From Phoronis australis (taxonomy: Eukaryota > Animalia > Phoronida), in NCBI GenBank assembly GCA_002633005.1, contig NMRA01000203.1, positions 566,393 to 630,392 on the forward strand: a stretch of DNA of 64,000 bases, read 5' to 3'. Under the pieces are notes generated by a model. It had not been told where the DNA came from. It did no database searches and saw only the letters and a program-made list of their open reading frames with translations. Below, piece after piece: positions 56,901 through 64,000 of the stretch. Positions within the stretch are counted from its first letter, which is position 1; every line of letters begins with the position of its first letter. The position numbers and the translations under genes were made by a program.

Positions 56901-59900
56901 CCCTTGTGTGGCATGTAATTCTGTTATTACGGCATACACTCTCACTATTGGCAAATATTATAAATAGGATTTTATAAATAGGGTTAGAGTTTTTTTAAGA
57001 CTTGATATGCCAGGAAATATATTTATGTCCGGCGTATCCCATGTTGAGCATAGCCGTGCTAGCAAAGTTCCGTTCCCACACACATAAGGAGAGATGTGTT
57101 GGCGAAAATGGTCATTTAATATGACGTAGCAATAGAAATAATACAAAAATACTATCTCCAGAAATATGGGTGTGGAAGAACCGCCACTTCATGAATAAAG
57201 AGGTTAAATACTCGAGAATATAATGGACAATTACAAATACGTGAAATGTGGGTAGTAAGGAGTGGATTAAAGAGTTCCCACCATGACACTGTGTCTCAAA
57301 AGGAATTTTATTAATACACCTTAAGAAATTTAATAGCCTTTAGTATATGTGTTTCTAACAAACAAGCCGAAATTTTATTAAAATATTTGTCTGTTATCGG
57401 GGTTGTACTTTATGAGTGGAACACCGGCGCCTGGCGCCGTTGTTGTTTTTACCAGTGCGATACTGACGAGTTGTGAGGAAAGTCCAAGGAGAGCGTCGTT
57501 TTTCAGACATGTAAGGTACGTTTGTGGAGGCTGTAGTAACATCAATTTTACTGAGAACGTCTCTTTGTTCAAATTTCCTAAATACGTGAAAGTTGCGCTA
57601 TGTGCGCTGCACGAGAGTGTGAAATGTCAATGTGGAACATGTGATTCTGTCGGGAGCCACGCTTTGTTCGGCACAAGTTTCAAGGAATTGTGTTTCCAAC
57701 AAACACAAAAGCAGCGTTAAGATGAAGGACTCGTCAGCTTGCAAAATTTTATAAATAACGAACAAAATATTTCCATTCTGGGGCGAGTGATGCCGGGCTT
57801 TCGACCCCGGTCCACATCGAGTGCTAGTACGATACTCAGGCTTATGCATTGTGTTTAGACCGTGCCGTGTTCATTCCATCATGGCAATAGTGAATGAGAG
57901 TGTGACTTTTGTCAGTAATTATTTTCTGACTATTGACCACCACCAGGTTCAGTTGGTTGTGGCTGACATTCAGCATTTTTCATGCAAGTGGATCGAGTTG
58001 ATACCGCCTTAAAGCCGACGAAAGTTCGCTAAATATAAAATAGAATTCATTGTCTGATTCTCCAAGTACTTGCGTGTGACTGCCCGTATCCACTCTCTTA
58101 TCTGCAAAATAATTGTCCTGTTTTCGCTCAAAATCGACCTCATCTTCTCATCTGCTGTGTTCCGCCATTGCATTGGATTGTCAAGTGACCAAACGTGTTC
58201 TTTCCATTACATCATTTGGCTAAGAAACTTGTAAATAACTAATTTTTCTTCAAAATCAAAAAAATTCGATTTCATGATGTTTATTTCATATTAGCTAACT
58301 TAGATCTCAATAACTAAGAAAATGCATGGTGGGAACTCTAGAAAATAAATATGTACTGCATATTTGTTTCTGGCCAGAAAATGAGTAGGAACTTTAAAAT
58401 CAGCGGATGTGCAAACAACGACATATTGATCGACGTTTCGGTTTATTGTCTATAAACCATTCTCAGGACCAAAGATAAAAGTTCACAATAATCCAACCAG
58501 GTGACACAGTTGGAGAACAGACTGTACAGGTTCATGTCAAAATGCATTGTGAGCGTATAAAGACCAGAAATCAAAACAGTTGGAGATGCTGAGAATCCTG
58601 TTGATCACTCCAATGTAAAATTGTTCACATTCATTGCAGTTGAGTTGGCACACAACATGACTTCTTTGAGAATTGCTCAATGGTGTTTTTAGTCTATACA
58701 ATGACAGAAGTCTGTTAACAAGTTTAAAGATTGTTACAAGTTGTAAACACGGAGCAATAGCTCCAAACATTCTCTTAACAAGTCTAACAACCACTCAACT
58801 ACTGTTATCCAAAAAGGAAAGATTCTTTCTATAATTCAGGCCCATAACAACATCCGCAGGTGTCTTAGTGTGGTTGCGTAAAAATCTGTCAGTGCAAGAT
58901 TTTATAAATGTTGTGGGTATCCATTTTGAAACACACTTATGAAAAAGAAAGTGAGAATCTCACTGGTTTCCAGCTGCTGCGTTCTGTAGACGCCAGACAA
59001 TATTACGCAAGAGGCGGTGAGGTTGAGATGTTGGATTATGACGTTCCATAAGCGAAAACATATCTCAATGCAAGTGCACCACAAGTGTCTTGGGTCTACA
59101 GAACGCAAACCCAGATTTGGCCACTGTCCAAATATGGTGAACAATATTGGGCCTGTTTGTGCATGGATAACAAAAAAATTGGGGCATTGCAGTTTCATCT
59201 GTCGTGTCAAATGTTTATTGATTTTCATTATTTTGTCGTGCAGGAAAGGGAAATACTACTGCAGCGGCTGAATTCAACTTTAGTACTGACCCTGAGGCTG
59301 CCCACATTGTCCTTAATAACCTCGGAGGACTCATCAGACTATTGTCCTGGGAAACTACTGGTTTACAGGAGGAGCACCTTTTTGACTGGGTACGAAAAAA
59401 GAGACATGGCTTGTACATTTTGCGGAATGAGTATGGCCTGTGGTCTGAGGCATGTCACTATTCCTGTCCAAGAGTCAATGTAATTTTCTCACCTTGGAGT
59501 ATGACACGTGCTTGATATTTTCCAGATTCCCACTTTTCTGTCACATGGTAATCATTTGTGCGTGTGTGTGTGTGCGTGCGTGTGTGTTTGTGTGAGCGTG
59601 TGCGTGTGCGTGCGTGCGTGTGTTTGTCTGGCGGACTCAACTTCTGCAGTACCACATAGTGGCCATATTGTCCTGCTATCCTGCTGTCTGCTCTACATCT
59701 CAGTCCTGCTATCCTGCTGTCTGCTCTACATCTCACAAACCGCGGTTCTGATTTTGATGAAAATTGTCATAAGGATGTGGAGCACCATTAGTGCGACCTT
59801 GCTTGCCACCTTCATTTCTGCCCCTCTCCCTCAGTGGGACCAGGAATTAAGACGGGGTTTTACAGCATTTTGAGAGCGCTTCCGGATTATCGAACCGATT

Positions 59901-61202
59901 GAAGGTTTTCGACCACTTGACAAACTACGGAGTGACTATTTTGGTTTCGACAATTTTTAGTAGACATTGCGGAGAGAAAACTTTTTGACATCCAGTGAAT
60001 GGATCAACGTGTTTCCATGAAACTCGACGCAAAAGTATGTTAGGACAACATACCGGCAGCGGAATTTCTTTGCGACCATCAAATGGTTCACACAAAAATA
60101 CCTAATGTCTCAAGATGTCTTCATGAAAGAAATTGCGTTTCATCCCTGTCAACTATTCCACCTTGCTCACTAGAATTAGAAACTGGGTCAAGACGCTTTC
60201 GTGCCCTTACAATGAGGAATACTTGTATCGAGAATGTCCCTTTTACTGTACTCCCTTATGTCGTTTTGTGTCTATCTTTGCATCTGTCAAACCTCACGAT
60301 TATTTTTAGGGAACGAAGAAGACTACACCAGCCCGTTTTGGATGCCTAGTGCTGTGTCCCTTTATGGAATTTCTAAATATGCTTTATTGAAAAAGTCGAC
60401 CGGTCACTGACTAATTCAAAATATGATCTAAACGGCACATAAAACTTGTTTAATATTTATGATAAATGAGTTAATTCCTTCAATCCAAAACAAATCCTGT
60501 ACAGACAATTCACGTTGTAGTCTTCAATATGCACAAATTTACAGTTACTTTAAAATGTACTCAGTCAGAGTTCAAATTTCAACGCGTTTTACCAAACAGT
60601 ATGGTTATGCTTGTGAGGTGCACTACAAACGGCATTGAAACTTTCTGCTGATATCCTCCAGCTCTTGTCATCAACATAACAACTGAGCTTTTATCGTGGT
60701 ACATTTCTTTATTTTCTGCTGGTGCCGGTGCCCATATTTTCCACGAGTTTCATGCAATTTCCAGTCTTGTGAGAAGCTTGGGCGTATATTTTCCACCAAT
60801 TATAGAGTTGGGTGAATAATTTTAATATTCCTTGAAGTGCATTATGGTCTTTAATCGATTTTTTTCCAGGAGTGGTTTGATAAGTGGTTATCATCTACCA
60901 CAGACAAAGGTAGATTTCTGAAGTCCATCACGGTCAACAATGGCAAGTTTAAACGAGATATTTTGAAGAAACCCAAGTACAACTCCTGCGATCCTGTTGC
61001 CATGGCGGTTGCTATTGACAGCGCTGTCATTAAGGATCAGTCGATCTATTACTGTGATGTTGAACTGAGCGGGAAAATAACACGAGGTCAGATGGTGGTG
61101 GATTGGTCAAACAGTGCTGTTGACAAATGTCCAAATGTCCACATTGTCACCAAGCTTGATACAGAATTGATAAAAATGATGCTTGAACAAGCTGTAAACT
61201 AG
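53723..61202 (+). CDS. Inosine-uridine preferring nucleoside hydrolase family protein, 5 exons, ~325 aa
   Basis: Exons 53723-53920, 54766-54949, 56583-56699, 59244-59389 and 60870-61202 total 978 nt. Motifs: DCDPGVDD (DxDxxxDD), HGSDGLGD, AIGPLTNIALA, IMGG, GNTT.AAEFNF.TDPEAA, TRGQMVVDW. Confidence 0.93.
54766..54949 (+). CDS. Nucleoside hydrolase exon 2
   Basis: VPVYQGA...IHGSDGLGDV...EHAAQAIVNLV. Confidence 0.9.
56583..56699 (+). CDS. Nucleoside hydrolase exon 3
   Basis: NVTLVAIGPLTNIALATRLFPQL...IIMGGTIE; donor gtaagc. Confidence 0.9.
57271..58339. mobile_element. Kolobok-like non-autonomous DNA transposon with a THAP-domain remnant
   Basis: Perfect 15-bp TIR AGAGTTCCCACCATG, with TTAA on the left flank. 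Internal YVCGGCSN...SLFKFPK and a frameshifted LCSA resemble a THAP zinc finger. Confidence 0.6.
58425..58990 (-). mobile_element. Penelope-like retroelement 3' remnant
   Basis: Minus-strand NGYPQHL and VVCQLNCNECEQFYIG (GIY-YIG-like) remnants, with a terminal CCGAAACGTCG hammerhead-type motif. Confidence 0.65.
59244..59389 (+). CDS. Nucleoside hydrolase exon 4
   Basis: KGNTTAAAEFNFSTDPEAAHIVL...LLSWE. Confidence 0.9.
59557..59625. repeat. Imperfect (GT/GCGT)n microsatellite
   Basis: Directly visible. Confidence 0.9.
60870..61202 (+). CDS. Nucleoside hydrolase exon 5 (terminal)
   Basis: EWFDKWL...YNSCDPVAMAVAID...VELSGKITRGQMVVDW...*. Confidence 0.9.
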   Translation, partial: EWFDKWLSSTTDKGRFLKSITVNNGKFKRDILKKPKYNSCDPVAMAVAIDSAVIKDQSIYYCDVELSGKITRGQMVVDWSNSAVDKCPNVHIVTKLDTELIKMMLEQAVN

Positions 61203-62070
61203 CAATCGAATGTAGGAAAATTTTAGGTTACTTTAATTGGTAACAGTCCTCCACTCAAACATGCTTTGTTGAAAACTACGCTTAATGAACGATGTATTAT
61301 TCGTTTGGTTCCAGTTTACAGAGTATACATACATTTTTCTATGAAATTGTTTTTGAGAAAATAATGTACTCTCATGTGCTAAAATACATCGGAATCGCGT
61401 ATTGTCTTGGAATAGCTAGTGTGTGGTATTGTTTTGTACTGTACATTGCTCTACTGTATTTCATTATTCAACCATTGTTTTTAAAACTTGTAAACACTGT
61501 ACGTTTAATTACTGAAATGGCTAATGTACAGTCTGATATTCGTATTTAACCTCAAGTTTAGAAAATCTGAAAACTAAATGAAGTTCAATTTTATCTGGCA
61601 AATTGGATCATGGGCCCTCTGCACAAAGGCAAATTGCAAGTATTTCTAGTTTGTTTTAATGTTTATTACGAAATCTTCAGAATACAATGAATATACATAA
61701 CCCAGAAAGCGCCAAGAGACATTAGATCTGGGTCAGCACTACCGGATACGTTTTGTAACCGGATACGTTTTGTAACCGGATACGTTTTGTTCCCAATTTG
61801 GCATATGGACATGCATGTGAATCTGTTCGCGCATGCAAAACACATTAAACAAAATGTGCAAAGAGCAAGTTTTCAAAATAACCAGTGAATGAAGGCTTAA
61901 CAGTTACGAGTGGTAGTTTTTGAGGTTTTTTCAGTTGAAGATTATCTAATATTTTTTAAAAATTGAAACAATCAGACAAAGCAAAACAGAGCGCAAGCCA
62001 CACAAAAAAACATCAACCCGGTTCAAGTTATGCGCATATAAAATAATCTTAAGATGTAAGAGTGCATTGT

Positions 62071-62880
62071 ATTTTATGCGCCCACATTTATGTTATGATA
62101 GCCGTCCGGCGTCCGCTGCTCTTTCTCCAAAACCCTTTGACGTATATTCATGAATTGTATGTCGGACGGATCCGACAGCCGGTGTTCCCTGTAGTGGCAA
62201 TTTTATTTTTTTTACATTTACCTCTGTATCTTCAAGTCCTCAACGAATTTTCATAAAATTTGGAATATAGGCATCCATTTGTGAGATGATGACATCCTCC
62301 CATTTTCGGATCGATTTGACATATTTTGCACCACCTAGTGGCCATTTTTCTTGTTTTCGAGTCCGTTTTTTTGGCATCCGCCCCTGTATCAACCAAACCA
62401 TTGCAAGGATGATTATGAAAATGGGCTTATATGTTCTCGCTGTGAAGAGGACGGTTGAGTATGACGACTTCAACTATTGTGGCGCTTCCTAGTGGCAGTT
62501 TTGTTTTGTTTTGTGCCTTTAACTGTATCTCCTAAACCCACTTCATGGTCTTCATTAAATTTAGTAAATTTATTTATATGAAGTTGACAACGGACGACGT
62601 CGAATTTCTGACGGATCTGCCGAACACCGAGTCCCCTAGTGGCAATTTCCTTTTTTCACTTTTCCTTTGTTTCTCTTAAGTTCCTTGACAGATTTTTATA
62701 AAATTTAGTATAAATAGCTTTCTGATTAAAGAAACGATGGCATGTTCCCGTTTTCTAATAGATTCCACGTATTTTGTGCTATCTAGTGGCCATTTTAATA
62801 TAAATAAACACCCATAGAAGTGCACCGTTTGTCGTGCATTTGTGGGCGCATTTCAACGCTCCGCGTTGCTCGTAATTTAC
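62071..62880 (+). repeat. HINE-like repeat; a related head lies at ~55630-56090
   Basis: Starts ttttatgcgcccac...ccgtccggcgtcc, with ctagtggc units. Confidence 0.7.
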
Positions 62881-63603
62881 TTTAAGTCATTCGTATAACT
62901 TTTATGCAACCGGGTACAAATCGGAAAGCACGAGCTATACACTACCTTTTTGCTTGTTGAATTGCAAGATTTTCTTTCAAATCCGCATTTTCAGCCGACG
63001 ATTCCAGAAAGCATGCGCACAAATGGTGGACCGTGGAGACTCGTTTGGGAAGAGGCATCCCACGGGGCGCTTGGGGCCTCTTCAAGACATTTTCAGAATC
63101 TAGGCGAGCTAACATGAATCCTGTTGCACTCCAGTAATAGCTTGTTACAGTTTCTTTTAGCTTTAGAGTAATATGTAGAAAATCTTCTTTCAAGGTCTTG
63201 AAATCCGTCGTTAAAATGTATAGATAATCGTAGAAACATCACTTCTGATACTCTCTTACACTCATTAAAGCACCACGTTTCTACCCAAAATACGATCCAC
63301 AACTGTGCTGGACCCTACTGCCGTTCTAGGATATTCCACAGATCATACATGTATTTTCTATTTTTACATAAAATTACAAGTACAGGTAAGAGTATAGGTA
63401 CAGGTAAGAGGAAACATCTAAATTTATTTTCAGCATACTTTGTAAACTGAATTTTTGTTTTAATTTTACTAAAACAAGCAATTTATTTATATTTTCCTTA
63501 TAACTAAATATCGTACAGATTTACTTGGAGGGCTTTTTTAAATTTATTGTCAAGTTTTCAGAGGAAACATCAAACATTAGCCGGTGGCTATTATCACTGA
63601 TAA

Positions 63604-63968
63604 TTAACATATAGTACATATACAGTTAACATATAGGACATATACAGTTAACATATAGGACATATACAGTTAACATATAGTACATATACCAGTTAACATA
63701 TAGTACATATACAGTTAACATATAGTACATATACCAGTTAACATATAGTACATATACCAGTTAACATATAGTACATATACCAGTTAACATATAGGACATA
63801 TACCAGTTAACATATAGTACATATACAGTTAACATATAGTACATATACCAGTTAACATATAGGACATATACAGTTAACATATAGTACATATACCAGTTAA
63901 CATATAGGACATATACCAGTTAACATATAGGACATATACCAGTTAACATATAGTACATATACAGTTAA
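63604..63968. repeat. 22-23-bp minisatellite, ~16 copies
   Basis: Unit ttaacatatag(t/g)acatatac(c)ag. Confidence 0.95.
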
Positions 63969-64000
63969 AATCGAACTGAGTAACTAGAGACCAGACTCAA

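Overview
AT-rich animal (probably invertebrate) genomic DNA from a heterozygous draft assembly, with single-N contig joins and one ~840 bp gap that create haplotype duplications. Four protein genes could be built by hand from GT-AG exons. These are an InaF-motif microprotein (-), which lies head-to-head with a 5-exon steroid 5-alpha-reductase (SRD5A1/2-like, +), a 13-coding-exon Aladin/AAAS nucleoporin gene (-), and a 5-exon nucleoside hydrolase (+). The rest is repeat-rich: a decayed AcademX-like transposon, Helentron/DINE-1-like repeats carrying CTCF-like motifs, MITEs (one apparently polymorphic), tRNA-derived SINEs, a Kolobok/THAP remnant, a Penelope remnant with a hammerhead-like motif, and minisatellites. 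The most unusual items are a 321-bp LTR-like insertion carrying a 59-nt CCA-ended tRNA-Lys copy, the inaF-like coding-exon/3'UTR-intron architecture, and a VNTR that multiplies an AAAS splice donor. All family assignments come from motif recognition, not database searches.
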